Made by a program: the position numbers and the translations under genes. This document shows positions 49,059 to 60,075 of a stretch of DNA of 64,000 bases, piece by piece (the stretch's first letter is position 1; the number at the start of each line of letters is the position of its first letter). A model generated the notes under the pieces. The model was not told the DNA's origin, searched no databases, and saw only the letters and a list, made by a program, of their open reading frames with translations. The DNA comes from Clostridium homopropionicum DSM 5847 (GTDB lineage: Bacteria; Bacillota; Clostridia; Clostridiales; Clostridiaceae): the NCBI RefSeq assembly GCF_001263795.1, contig NZ_LHUR01000042.1, positions 324,639 to 388,638 of the forward strand. The letters run 5' to 3'.

Positions 49059-50698
49059 TATCTCTTCTCCTTATCCCCAAATTTATATAATAAAAAGACT
49101 ACAATCATGCTAACTAGAATTATAATAAGTGCTGGAATTGCCGCTTCGTGAATCTTCTCATCCCCAGCATATTCATAAGTCTTTGTAGCTAGAGTATTAA
49201 AATTAAAAGGTCTAAGTATTAATGTTAGTGGTAATTCTTTTACTATATCAACAAATACTAAGGCAAAACCGCTAATTAGTGCTGGCTTAATCATAGGTAA
49301 GTCAACTTTGAAAAAACTTTTAGTAACACCATAACCCAGTGTCCTTGAAGCTTCAAAAAACTTTATTCCTATTTTATCAAAACCTGTTTCAATAGACTGA
49401 TACCCTATTGCTAAAAATCTTATAATGTAAGCAAATATCAGCATAAAGATGCTTGTACTTAATACAAGAGTCTTTGAATTTGGATCAATAACTTTATAAA
49501 GCCATACCATATTACGATCTAAACTTATCATTAATAGTATTACTCCAATAGCTATGACTGCACCTGGAATTGAGTAACCTAGAATAGATATTTTAGAAAA
49601 AACTTTAGAAATCCAATTACTATTCATTCTGCAAAAATTAGAGATGACTATAGCTATAATTATAATAACAACTGCTGATATAGCCGAAAGCCATATGGAA
49701 TTAAATATAAGGCCTATTAACTTAATATTAAATATTGTTTTATAGGTTAAGGTACCCCAAGAAATTAGCTGCAGCAAAGGTATTATAAAGCCTAAACTTA
49801 AAATAATAAAGCAGTATAAAAATGCACCTGCAGCTTTTATGCCCTTTAGCTCTATTGGAATAATACCTCTTACCTTAGCAGTAGTATAAGAATACTTTTT
49901 TCTTCCTCTCAGCCATTTTTCTGACATTAATACTAGGAATACTGTAACCATAAGCATGGAGGCTAGCTTTACTGCAGTACTTGAATCCCCCATAGAAAAC
50001 CAAGCATTAAATATAGCTGTAGTAAAGGTTTGAACCCCAAAATATGATACCACTCCAAAATCATTAAGTACCTCAAGTATTGCTAAGGAAGTTCCTCCAA
50101 CAATAGCTCCACGGGATATAGGCAAAATTACATGTATAAAAATACTACTTGAACTTCTTCCAAGAAGTCGTGCATTTTCTATAAGTGCAGCAGATTGTTT
50201 TTCGAGAAATGACCTTGATATCATATACACATAAGGAAATAAAAATACTGAAAATATAAATACTGCTCCTTTTATGGACATTATATCAAAAGCTTTTGGA
50301 TCTGGAGTAATTCTAATAGTTTCTCTAAAGAACCTTTGAACTATTCCAGTATAGTTAAATATACCGTTATATGTATAAGCAGCTATATATGGTGGTATAG
50401 TAAGAGGCAGAATTAGTGCCCATTTAAAAAATTTTCTAAAGGGAAACTCATAAGCAGCAATTAACCATGCTAGAGTAATTCCAATTGTCATAGTAAAAAT
50501 CCCCGTAAATAGTACTACCTTTAAAGTACCTATAATATAGTCCTTTAAAAGGTAATTTTTTATATGGTACCAGTTCTCATTAGGTTTATCCAACAAGTGT
50601 AGTAATATAAAAATACAGGGTAACACTATTAATAGTTCAAATATAAAGCTTAATATTCCCCAAGAATTTACCTTCTGTCTTATATTTTTAAATCCCAT
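49058..50698 (-). CDS. ABC transporter permease, duplicated (FbpB-like iron(III) permease)
   Basis: 546 aa with about 12 TM helices in two repeated permease domains. Confidence 0.85.
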   Translation of the reverse strand: MGFKNIRQKVNSWGILSFIFELLIVLPCIFILLHLLDKPNENWYHIKNYLLKDYIIGTLKVVLFTGIFTMTIGITLAWLIAAYEFPFRKFFKWALILPLTIPPYIAAYTYNGIFNYTGIVQRFFRETIRITPDPKAFDIMSIKGAVFIFSVFLFPYVYMISRSFLEKQSAALIENARLLGRSSSSIFIHVILPISRGAIVGGTSLAILEVLNDFGVVSYFGVQTFTTAIFNAWFSMGDSSTAVKLASMLMVTVFLVLMSEKWLRGRKKYSYTTAKVRGIIPIELKGIKAAGAFLYCFIILSLGFIIPLLQLISWGTLTYKTIFNIKLIGLIFNSIWLSAISAVVIIIIAIVISNFCRMNSNWISKVFSKISILGYSIPGAVIAIGVILLMISLDRNMVWLYKVIDPNSKTLVLSTSIFMLIFAYIIRFLAIGYQSIETGFDKIGIKFFEASRTLGYGVTKSFFKVDLPMIKPALISGFALVFVDIVKELPLTLILRPFNFNTLATKTYEYAGDEKIHEAAIPALIIILVSMIVVFLLYKFGDKEKR

Positions 50699-50812
50699 TA
50701 ATAACTTTCACATCCTTCTTTTAAATACTGATAAATTATTAAATAATAACTAAATTTTTAATTTATATATTATTCAACCCTAAAGGGCAGTCTACGAAGA
50801 CTGCCCTTAAAG

Positions 50813-51883
50813 TTATTTCCAACCAATTTTATTCATGATTTCTACTGCTTTTTTATTGTTTTCTCCAAGCTTGGTTAAATTAATATTCTGAGTCTTAAAG
50901 TCTCCCCAAGACTTAAGAAGCTCTGAAGGTTCCACATCCTTATTTACAGGATACTCATAATTAACTGAAGCAAAGGATTTTTGGGCATCTGTACTTGATA
51001 AGAATTCTATTAACTTAACTGCATTTTCTTTATTCTTAGCACTTTTAGTAACTCCAGCACCGCTTACATTAATATGGGTTCCAGTAGTTAATTGATTAGG
51101 GAAGAATACCCCTACCTTTTCTGCAACCTTAACTTCTTCAGGATCAGAAGAGTTTGCTAATAGTCCTACATAATAAGTATTCATTATGGCAACATCACCT
51201 TCTCCTGCTACAATAGCCTTGGCTTGGTCTCTATCATTACCTTTTGGCTCTCTTGCAAAGTTTGCTACAATACCTTTGGCCCACTGTGTTGCTTTTTCTT
51301 CTCCATTTATAGAAATAAAGGAAGCAAGTAATGATTGATTATACACGGAGCTAGAAGGTCTAACTAGCACCTTACCTTTCCACTTAGCACTTGTTAAGTC
51401 TTCATATGTAGATAACTGTTCTGGTTTTACTCTATCTTTAGAATAAACAATAACTCTTGCCCTCATGGTTAATCCAATCCAAGTTCCATCCTTATCTCTT
51501 AAGTTTTCGGGAACATTTTTAGCTATAGTATCTGATAATGATGACTGAAAAATCCCTTGTTCCTTAGCTTTATGTAATTTGCCTGCATCAGCTGTGATAA
51601 ACATATCTGCCTCTGAATCCTTGCCTTCTCGTACAAGCCTCTCTAGGAGTTCATCTCCTTTCCCTTCGATAATGTTAACTTTAATGCCAGTGTTCTTTTC
51701 AAAATCTGCATAAAGTTGCTTGTCTACATCATAATTTCTCTCAGTATATACATTAACTACTCCTGCTTTCTTAGGTTCTTCTTTAGAAGTACTTGTTGAT
51801 GCAGTTTTACTTCCACACCCAGCTAAAATAGTTGTTATTAAGAGTACAGTTGATAATGTTGCTATTAATGACTTTTTGTTCAT
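50813..51883 (-). CDS. ABC transporter substrate-binding lipoprotein (Fe3+-binding FbpA/AfuA family)
   Basis: Lipobox LAGCGS. The periplasmic binding protein type-2 fold pattern is present. Confidence 0.8.
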   Translation of the reverse strand: MNKKSLIATLSTVLLITTILAGCGSKTASTSTSKEEPKKAGVVNVYTERNYDVDKQLYADFEKNTGIKVNIIEGKGDELLERLVREGKDSEADMFITADAGKLHKAKEQGIFQSSLSDTIAKNVPENLRDKDGTWIGLTMRARVIVYSKDRVKPEQLSTYEDLTSAKWKGKVLVRPSSSVYNQSLLASFISINGEEKATQWAKGIVANFAREPKGNDRDQAKAIVAGEGDVAIMNTYYVGLLANSSDPEEVKVAEKVGVFFPNQLTTGTHINVSGAGVTKSAKNKENAVKLIEFLSSTDAQKSFASVNYEYPVNKDVEPSELLKSWGDFKTQNINLTKLGENNKKAVEIMNKIGWK

Positions 51884-52102
51884 AATTTATCTCTCCTTTT
51901 GTGATATTTATTTTCAATAGTTATTGATTATCACTCTCAATTAAAATAGTATATTATACTTTACTCTCTGTCAATATATAAAATTTATCCACTTGTTTTT
52001 CAGTTAAAGCAAAGAAATAAAACACTCCAAATCCCAATAAGATTTTAGAGTGTTCTATTTAACTTGTAAGGTTTTATTCTATTTTATTGTTACTTTTAAA
52101 AA

Positions 52103-52282
52103 TTAAATATTAGACATAAGACTAAAAGTTATTTTATATGCATCCCAAACTTTATTAAATATATCTTTTTCTTGAGTTATGAAAAATATTAAAAGCAAAT
52201 ACGAAAATCCTACAGTACTTATTATTTCCAATATGTGTCTTAATTTTAATCCACCTGAAATACTTTTCATTATATTCTCCAT
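52103..52282 (-). CDS. Small (59 aa) membrane protein, not in ORF track
   Basis: MENIMKSISGGLKLRHILEIISTVGFSYLLLIFFITQEKDIFNKVWDAYKITFSLMSNI, with RBS GAAGGGG 7 nt upstream. Confidence 0.3.
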   Translation of the reverse strand: MENIMKSISGGLKLRHILEIISTVGFSYLLLIFFITQEKDIFNKVWDAYKITFSLMSNI

Positions 52283-52479
52283 ATTAACGCCCCTTCTTTT
52301 TTATCCTTGCTTATTGATTATTGTACTAAATTATTGCTACTGAAACTAAGATTGTTTATGTTAAATTATGTTAATTCAAAGTCAACATTATAACTTAGAT
52401 TTAACATATATATTCTTAGTTTTATATAAAAAAAGCTTTCTAGATAAAACTATCTAAAAAGCTTTTAAAATTATATTTG

Positions 52480-53355
52480 TTATTTATTTTCCTTTATTAC
52501 TAGGTTTATTCTTCCGAAGGATAAGTCTATAGGAATTATATATACATTATTTATTTTAATATTAGAATATGCTTCCTGAGGATTTAATTCTAGGGGAGTG
52601 CCTATATTAGACATATTTACCAGGAATATTCCGTTATGTAGGTTTAAGAATTCTCCTACAGAAGCCTGTGCCATTTCATCTACTTCAGTTAATTCTTCCT
52701 CAGCAAATTTTGATGCAAATTTTACAAAAAAATCCTCTTCTCCTTCAATAAAAGTATCTAAAGCTAATTCTCCCACAATTTCTTGCTTAACTATATGCCT
52801 AGCTTCATATTGTTCTGATTTAGTTACTTTTCTTACTCTAGCGTCTACATCTATGAATCTAAATAAATTTCTTATGAACAATGAAAGATAAGCCTTAAGA
52901 GTCTTTTCATTTTTACTTTCCTTAAAGTTCACAATCATATTAATAATTTCATCTACATCATCTTTTTGGATTGCTTTAAATTTTTCATCTGTTATGCCGT
53001 ATTCATTTTTATATTCATTTAAGTGGCTTTCAAAATCCTTTAAAGTCATGTATTCCTTGTCAACTAGAGCTTGTCCAAGTAAAATATGTCCCTGCTTTTG
53101 AGATGATAGTAGTTCTTCTACCTGTTCTTTTGTTAACAAGCCCATTTTAACAGCTAAGTCACCAAATCTTATGTCTTCTCTTTTTTGTGCTTCATTAACC
53201 TTGTCAGCATCTTCTGCTGTCATATAACCAGCACTGACAGCTAAAACCCCTAGCTTTAATCTCACATTTTTTTGATATTCTAAAGCATCCTGAAGCTGTT
53301 TTGGTGAAACATATCCTTTATTTAATAAATATTGTCCAAAATATTGAGTAAACAT
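52480..53355 (-). CDS. MshEN-like (putative c-di-GMP-binding) N-terminal repeats fused to a CheC/CheX-like C-terminal domain
   Basis: The N-terminus carries three tandem ~24-aa motifs: RLKLGVLAVSAGYMTAEDADKVNEAQ, RFGDLAVKMGLLTKEQVEELLSSQ and LLGQALVDKEYMTLKDFESHLNEY. They fit the MshEN/GSPII_E_N consensus RLGxxLLxxGxITxxQLxxALxxQ. The C-terminal ~130 aa (..ASVGEFLNLHNGIFLVNMSNIGTPL..) is CheX/CheC-like. It sits immediately downstream of a CheY-like receiver. Confidence 0.45.
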   Translation of the reverse strand: MFTQYFGQYLLNKGYVSPKQLQDALEYQKNVRLKLGVLAVSAGYMTAEDADKVNEAQKREDIRFGDLAVKMGLLTKEQVEELLSSQKQGHILLGQALVDKEYMTLKDFESHLNEYKNEYGITDEKFKAIQKDDVDEIINMIVNFKESKNEKTLKAYLSLFIRNLFRFIDVDARVRKVTKSEQYEARHIVKQEIVGELALDTFIEGEEDFFVKFASKFAEEELTEVDEMAQASVGEFLNLHNGIFLVNMSNIGTPLELNPQEAYSNIKINNVYIIPIDLSFGRINLVIKENK

Positions 53356-53359
53356 ATAT

Positions 53360-53740
53360 CTATTTCTCCTTTCTGCGTAGGTTGTTTATTATTTTGTCAA
53401 TTTGTTCTTGTTCCCAAGGCTTTTGTATAAACTCGAAGGCACCAGCATCTATTGCCCTTTTTAAATGTTCTTTAGTTCCTGAAGACGAAGCCATAACTAC
53501 CTTTGCCTTTTGATCAAATGCCTTTATCTCTTCTACTGCCTTTATTCCATCCTTCACAGGCATTACTATATCCATGAAAACCACGTCAGGCTTATTTTCT
53601 TTATATAAGTCCACTGCCCTTTGTCCATCAGTTGCTTCTATAATTTCTGCACAACCGCATAACCCCAAGCTGTCCTTTAACTTTTTTCTCATTAACAAAG
53701 AATCATCACACACTAAAACCTTTAAAGCTTCTTTTGACAT
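53360..53740 (-). CDS. CheY-like single-domain response regulator
   Basis: Receiver residues: DD (VLVCDDS), phospho-Asp in FMDIVMP, T/S in MASSSG, K in IQKPW. The true start is the ATG at 53740 with a GGAGGA RBS. The longer track ORF begins inside the RBS. Confidence 0.8.
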   Translation of the reverse strand: MSKEALKVLVCDDSLLMRKKLKDSLGLCGCAEIIEATDGQRAVDLYKENKPDVVFMDIVMPVKDGIKAVEEIKAFDQKAKVVMASSSGTKEHLKRAIDAGAFEFIQKPWEQEQIDKIINNLRRKEK

Positions 53741-53763
53741 ATATATTCCTCCAATCATGATTA

Positions 53764-54873
53764 TTAATAAATGTATATAAAATAGTTTATTATTGCCATA
53801 ATAAATAAGGTTGAAAAATTGTACAGTGTAAATTTTACAAGATATTGATTGTTATCTCTATGTTCTAGCTTACTCTTAACATAAAGCTTGTACGATATGA
53901 GACTAGCTAAAGAGGCAATAAGAGTACCCATACCTCCTATATTTACTCCCAGCAATACTTCTCTCCAGTTATTTGTAAAGTTTGCCATAAAAATTGAACA
54001 TGGTACATTGCTAATACCCTGGCTTAAAGTTAATGCAGCAATATAGGTTTTTGTTTTGCTATTTAAAAAATTTACCAAATGAGAATTTATAAAATCCATG
54101 TTTGATACATTTCCAATAAAAATAAAGAAAAATACAAATGTCATTAACAAGAGATAATCTATTTGTTTTAGAATCCTTTTGTCAAGTATAAGAACTATTA
54201 CAATAGTTATTATTGTAACTATCCTATAATCTATTACATTAAATACTGATAATATTATTATAATAAATAAAATACCATAAATGATAGCTTTTTTCATATT
54301 TTTAATTTTAATGCTTTTTAATGAAAATTGTAGCATTAAATCTTTAATTTTCAAGTTAAAAAATATTAAACAAATACCTCCCATTGCTACGAGAGGTCCA
54401 GTAACTTTAAAAAATTCTACAGCTTTTAAATTATAAAAAGAAAATAAGAATAAATTTTGGGGATTTCCCATGGGTGTAAGACTGCTTCCTATATTTGCAG
54501 CAAGAGTTTGAAAAATTATTGTATCTGCTACGTTGAATTTAGCTCTTATGCCTATTATTAATGTTATTGGAACAAAGGTTATTAGAGCTACATCATTTGT
54601 AATAAGCATTGAACTGAAAAAGGTCAAGCCTATAAGTATTAAGGATACCTTTCTAGCACTCTTGTATTTGCAAAGTATCTTACCTGCCGTAAGCTCCAAT
54701 ATTTTTAATTTCTCAAATGCCTTTACTACTACCATAAGGTTAAATAGGCTAAATAACACCTTAAAATCTATGTACTCTACTTTAGGAAGAGATATAATTG
54801 AAGTAAGGAAAGCTAAAATTAAGGCTATAGCAAAAACCATTTCTTCTTTAAGTATTTCAACAATTCTTTTCAA
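53764..54873 (-). CDS. ArsB/NhaD (CitMHS-like) family anion permease
   Basis: 369 aa polytopic protein. The N-terminal pattern (FAIALILAFLTSIISLPKV...LITNDVALITFVPI) resembles citrate-transporter-like/ArsB-NhaD permeases. Confidence 0.55.
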   Translation of the reverse strand: MKRIVEILKEEMVFAIALILAFLTSIISLPKVEYIDFKVLFSLFNLMVVVKAFEKLKILELTAGKILCKYKSARKVSLILIGLTFFSSMLITNDVALITFVPITLIIGIRAKFNVADTIIFQTLAANIGSSLTPMGNPQNLFLFSFYNLKAVEFFKVTGPLVAMGGICLIFFNLKIKDLMLQFSLKSIKIKNMKKAIIYGILFIIIILSVFNVIDYRIVTIITIVIVLILDKRILKQIDYLLLMTFVFFFIFIGNVSNMDFINSHLVNFLNSKTKTYIAALTLSQGISNVPCSIFMANFTNNWREVLLGVNIGGMGTLIASLASLISYKLYVKSKLEHRDNNQYLVKFTLYNFSTLFIMAIINYFIYIY

Positions 54874-55795
54874 TATGCTTACCTAACCATTCTATTAAAT
54901 TCTTTATTACTTCTTCTCTGTTTGTTTCATTAAGCATTTCATGCCTTCCATCCTTATATAGGGTATATACTAAGTCGTTTATTCCTGCCCTCTTATAGGT
55001 ATTTACAAGTTTTAAAACTCCTTGTCCGAACTTTCCTACCGGATCCTTATCCCCTGAAAAAATATAGATTGGCAAATTCTTTGGTATCTTATTAATTTCT
55101 TCTTGTTTAGCAATTAATTTAAGTCCCTCAAATAAATCATAGTAGAAACCAGCATTATAAATATATCCGCAATATGGATCATTTATATATTTTTCTACTT
55201 CTTTTTCGTCACAGCTAAGCCAATCAAAGGTGGTTTTGCATGGCTTAAAGGATTTGTTAAATCCTCCTAGAGTAAGCTTATCTAATAAAGTACTCTTTCG
55301 ATTCCTTCCATAGATTGCCATTACAATTTTAGCAACTACTCTCCCAATATCTGCCATAATACCAATGCTTCCGTTGGATCCTGAAAATATGGCACCATTT
55401 AATTCTCTACCATATAAGCAAATGAACCTTTGGGTTAAAAATGAACCCATACTATGCCCTAAAAGAAATATTGGCACGTTAGCATTTTCCTTTTTTATTA
55501 TTTCTAATAACCTGTGCATATCCTCTACCATTAAGTTAAAAGAATCTTCTTCAAGGTATCCAAGCTTCTCTTCTTCATTAGCTGTTTGCCCATGTCCTCT
55601 ATGGTCACTGCCATACACAATAAAGCCCGCTTTAGTTAAGCTTTCTGCAGTTCTTCCATATCTTGCAATTGTCTCAGACATGCCGTGAGCTATTTGAATT
55701 ATTCCTTTAATTTTTATTTCCTTTTCCGGGCTCCATTTATAAGTAAAAATCTTTACATTGCCTACACCTTCATACATAAAGGTTTCTCTTTTCAT
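54857..55795 (-). CDS. Alpha/beta hydrolase (lysophospholipase/monoacylglycerol-lipase-like)
   Basis: Motifs HGMSE, GHSMGSF, and Asp/His in the C-terminal part. Confidence 0.8.
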   Translation of the reverse strand: MKRETFMYEGVGNVKIFTYKWSPEKEIKIKGIIQIAHGMSETIARYGRTAESLTKAGFIVYGSDHRGHGQTANEEEKLGYLEEDSFNLMVEDMHRLLEIIKKENANVPIFLLGHSMGSFLTQRFICLYGRELNGAIFSGSNGSIGIMADIGRVVAKIVMAIYGRNRKSTLLDKLTLGGFNKSFKPCKTTFDWLSCDEKEVEKYINDPYCGYIYNAGFYYDLFEGLKLIAKQEEINKIPKNLPIYIFSGDKDPVGKFGQGVLKLVNTYKRAGINDLVYTLYKDGRHEMLNETNREEVIKNLIEWLGKHIEKNC

Positions 55796-55945
55796 ATTTA
55801 CTCACCTCTTTACCGGTAATTAATTAAGGCTTCAAAGATCTCTTACAAAAAATTATGAAGAGCACTAATATTTTTAGCTTACCTTTAATAAGCATAATTT
55901 AATTAGCGCTCTTATATTTTACCATTTATTTAATATTTATTAAAT

Positions 55946-57460
<1,515 letters not shown>

Positions 57461-57511
57461 TTATTAATAACATAATTGCTTTCCAAACATCCCATTAATA
57501 TATATCATATA

Positions 57512-58216
57512 TTAAAATACTAAATTAAATACTATAGCTCCTAAAAGTCCACCAACTATTGGTGCCACCACTGGTATCCAAGAATATCCCCAGTCAGAAT
57601 CTCCTTTTCCTGCAATAGGCAGTATAGCATGAGCAATACGTGGTCCTAAATCTCTTGCAGGATTAATAGCATATCCAGTTGGACCCCCTAAGGAAAGACC
57701 AATAACAAAAATAAGTCCTCCTACTGCTAATACATTTACTCCTGGTGCCATTTGAACTTGACCTAAACCTAATATACCAAAAACAAGAATAAATGTACCG
57801 ATGACCTCTGTGATAATATTAGCTGTGGTGTTTCTAATTGCTGGTGCTGTACAAAATACTCCAAGCTTTGCTGCCTTTTCTTCTGTCTCTTTCCAGTGTG
57901 GCAGATAGGTAAGCCATACTAAAGTAGCTCCAGCAATAGCACCAAGCATTTGAGCTGCAATGTACTGTGGAACTAAGCTCCAAGAGAACTTCCCTAAAAA
58001 TGCTAAGGCTATTGTAAGTGCTGGATTAAAGTGTGCTCCACTTACTGCACCAAATATAAATGCAGGAATCACCACTGCCAAAGCCCAAGCTGTTGTTACT
58101 ACGATCCACCCTCCATTTTCTCCTTTGCTCTTTTTAAGGAGTACACCAGCAACTACTCCGTCACCTAGCAGGATTAAAATCATTGTTCCTAAAAATTCTC
58201 CCATGATATTAGACAT
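57512..58216 (-). CDS. glpF: Glycerol uptake facilitator (aquaglyceroporin)
   Basis: Two NPA boxes (HFNPALT, NPARDLGPR) and 6 TM helices. Confidence 0.9.
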   Translation of the reverse strand: MSNIMGEFLGTMILILLGDGVVAGVLLKKSKGENGGWIVVTTAWALAVVIPAFIFGAVSGAHFNPALTIALAFLGKFSWSLVPQYIAAQMLGAIAGATLVWLTYLPHWKETEEKAAKLGVFCTAPAIRNTTANIITEVIGTFILVFGILGLGQVQMAPGVNVLAVGGLIFVIGLSLGGPTGYAINPARDLGPRIAHAILPIAGKGDSDWGYSWIPVVAPIVGGLLGAIVFNLVF

Positions 58217-58300
58217 TTTCTCTTCCTCCTAATTAAATTATACCTTATTTTTCATTTACTAGTCTTGTAAACGTTTTATATAAATATCAAATAAATCAGA

Positions 58301-58370
58301 GCTAAAAAGAGCCATTATTAAGAAAGGTATCTTTATTACCTTCTCAATAATGGCTCTCTAGTCTCCGCCA
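58301..58370 (-). promoter_or_regulatory. glpFK leader: conserved box plus intrinsic terminator (putative GlpP antitermination target)
   Basis: Minus-strand RNA: GGCGGAGACUAGAGAGCCAU, then hairpin agagccattattgagaaggta / taccttcttaataatggctct, then UUUUUAG. The same box-plus-terminator arrangement recurs upstream of glpA. Confidence 0.55.
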
Positions 58371-58402
58371 TGATATTATATTTTAATGAATATTTATATT
58401 TA

Positions 58403-58774
58403 TTAATTTCTTATTTCAACAGTTTTTGTTGAAATAATACTTACTCCTGTATCTGCAACATTTCTAATTATAACTTCTCCAGCCTTTATAGGTGCATTAA
58501 CGGTTATGCCTTTAAGTTCTTCTATGCACTGCATAATTTTGTTCTTTGGTATATCGCTTTGTGTTTTTACAGAAACTGAATCTATCTCTCCCCCCTGTAC
58601 TCTAACACTGGAAGTGACTATTCTTGTTGGGTTTGTACATTCCTTTTCAGCATAATTTTTGCCTCTTACACAAGTATTACCTTTAACTTCAGTAACCTTT
58701 CCCTCTTCTAAAGTAACTTCCATGTCACATCCTATGGGACATCCTATACAAATTAAATTTCTAACTTCACTCAT
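58403..58774 (-). CDS. DUF1667 domain protein
   Basis: 123 aa. NLICIGCPIGCDMEV...GNTCVRG is the DUF1667 Cys pattern. It is typically the third gene of clostridial glpA-type glycerol-3-P dehydrogenase clusters. Confidence 0.75.
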   Translation of the reverse strand: MSEVRNLICIGCPIGCDMEVTLEEGKVTEVKGNTCVRGKNYAEKECTNPTRIVTSSVRVQGGEIDSVSVKTQSDIPKNKIMQCIEELKGITVNAPIKAGEVIIRNVADTGVSIISTKTVEIRN

Positions 58775-58777
58775 TTC

Positions 58778-60052
58778 CTATTCTCCTTCCACTTTAACAG
58801 TAATCTCTTTACACTCTGCATACTTATCAAACATTTGCTTTGTAAGTTCTACTGTTTCCATTTCACCTGGAGTTAGTATTCTCTTCTTTAAGTGCAGCTC
58901 TCTAGCTTCATCAAAATACACAGAAATATAACTGTTCTTATATACATCTCCAACTCTAAACCTTACTTCTACAGCCTCATTTATGTTTTTAGGATTTATA
59001 TACTTAGGTACTGTGTATCTTACTCCATCTAAGCCTTTTAATTCTATGCCTTTTTCCTTAAAACTTTCACCCTTAACATATCTAGCAGCATTTTTACCTG
59101 CATTAACACTTTCAAGAGTTACATAGTCTACTAAATCATGTACATGAAGCACATTTCCGCACGCAAATATTCCTTCAATATTAGTTTGGAGACTTTCATT
59201 TACCTCAGGTCCTCCAGTAATCTGGGAAAGCTTCACATTAGCTTTATTCGACAATTCATTTTCAGGGAGCAATCCTACAGATAACAGCAAGGTATCACAT
59301 TTAATATACTCTTCTGTTCCTTTAATAGGCTTTCTGTTTTCATCTACCTTTGCTATTGTAACTCCTTCTACTCTATCTTTTCCATCTATATTAGTTATGG
59401 TGTGTGTCAGCTTTAGAGGTATATTAAAATCATCTAGGCATTGTACAATATTTCTCTTTAGTCCTCCGGAATAAGGCATAAGCTCAACTACTGCTTTAAC
59501 CTCAGCTCCTTCAAGAGTCATTCTTCTTGCCATTATTAGACCTATATCTCCAGAACCTAATATAACTACTTCTTTTCCCGGCATATATCCATCAATATTC
59601 ACAAACTTCTGCGCAGCCCCTGCAGAATAAATACCTGCACATCTGCTTCCTGGAATATTTATAGCACCTCTAGGTCTTTCACGACATCCCATAGCAAGAA
59701 TTATAGCCTTTGCCTTTATTTCTAATATTCCTTCTTCTTCATTAACTGCTACTATCTCTTTCTTTTCATTTATATCTATTACCATAGTATTTAACTTATA
59801 TGGTATTTTCATTTCCTCTGCTTTTCTTATATATCTTTCTGCATATTCAGGTCCTGTTAGTTCTTCCTTGAAGGTGTGAAGTCCAAATCCATTATGAATA
59901 CATTGATTAAGTATCCCTCCAAGGCAATTATCTCTTTCTAGTATGAGAACATTTTCTATTCCTTCTTCTCTAGCTCCTATGGCTGCTGCAATTCCTGCTG
60001 GTCCTCCTCCAATTATAACAATATCGTACTCTTTCATTTTCAGCTCCTCCAA
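58778..60052 (-). CDS. FAD/NAD(P)-binding pyridine-nucleotide-disulfide oxidoreductase (GlpB-like partner)
   Basis: N-terminal dinucleotide motif DIVIIGGGPAGIAAA and a second Rossmann motif VVILGSGDIG. Confidence 0.8.
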   Translation of the reverse strand: MEELKMKEYDIVIIGGGPAGIAAAIGAREEGIENVLILERDNCLGGILNQCIHNGFGLHTFKEELTGPEYAERYIRKAEEMKIPYKLNTMVIDINEKKEIVAVNEEEGILEIKAKAIILAMGCRERPRGAINIPGSRCAGIYSAGAAQKFVNIDGYMPGKEVVILGSGDIGLIMARRMTLEGAEVKAVVELMPYSGGLKRNIVQCLDDFNIPLKLTHTITNIDGKDRVEGVTIAKVDENRKPIKGTEEYIKCDTLLLSVGLLPENELSNKANVKLSQITGGPEVNESLQTNIEGIFACGNVLHVHDLVDYVTLESVNAGKNAARYVKGESFKEKGIELKGLDGVRYTVPKYINPKNINEAVEVRFRVGDVYKNSYISVYFDEARELHLKKRILTPGEMETVELTKQMFDKYAECKEITVKVEGE

Positions 60053-60075
60053 ATCTCAATAGATAATGTATTTTA

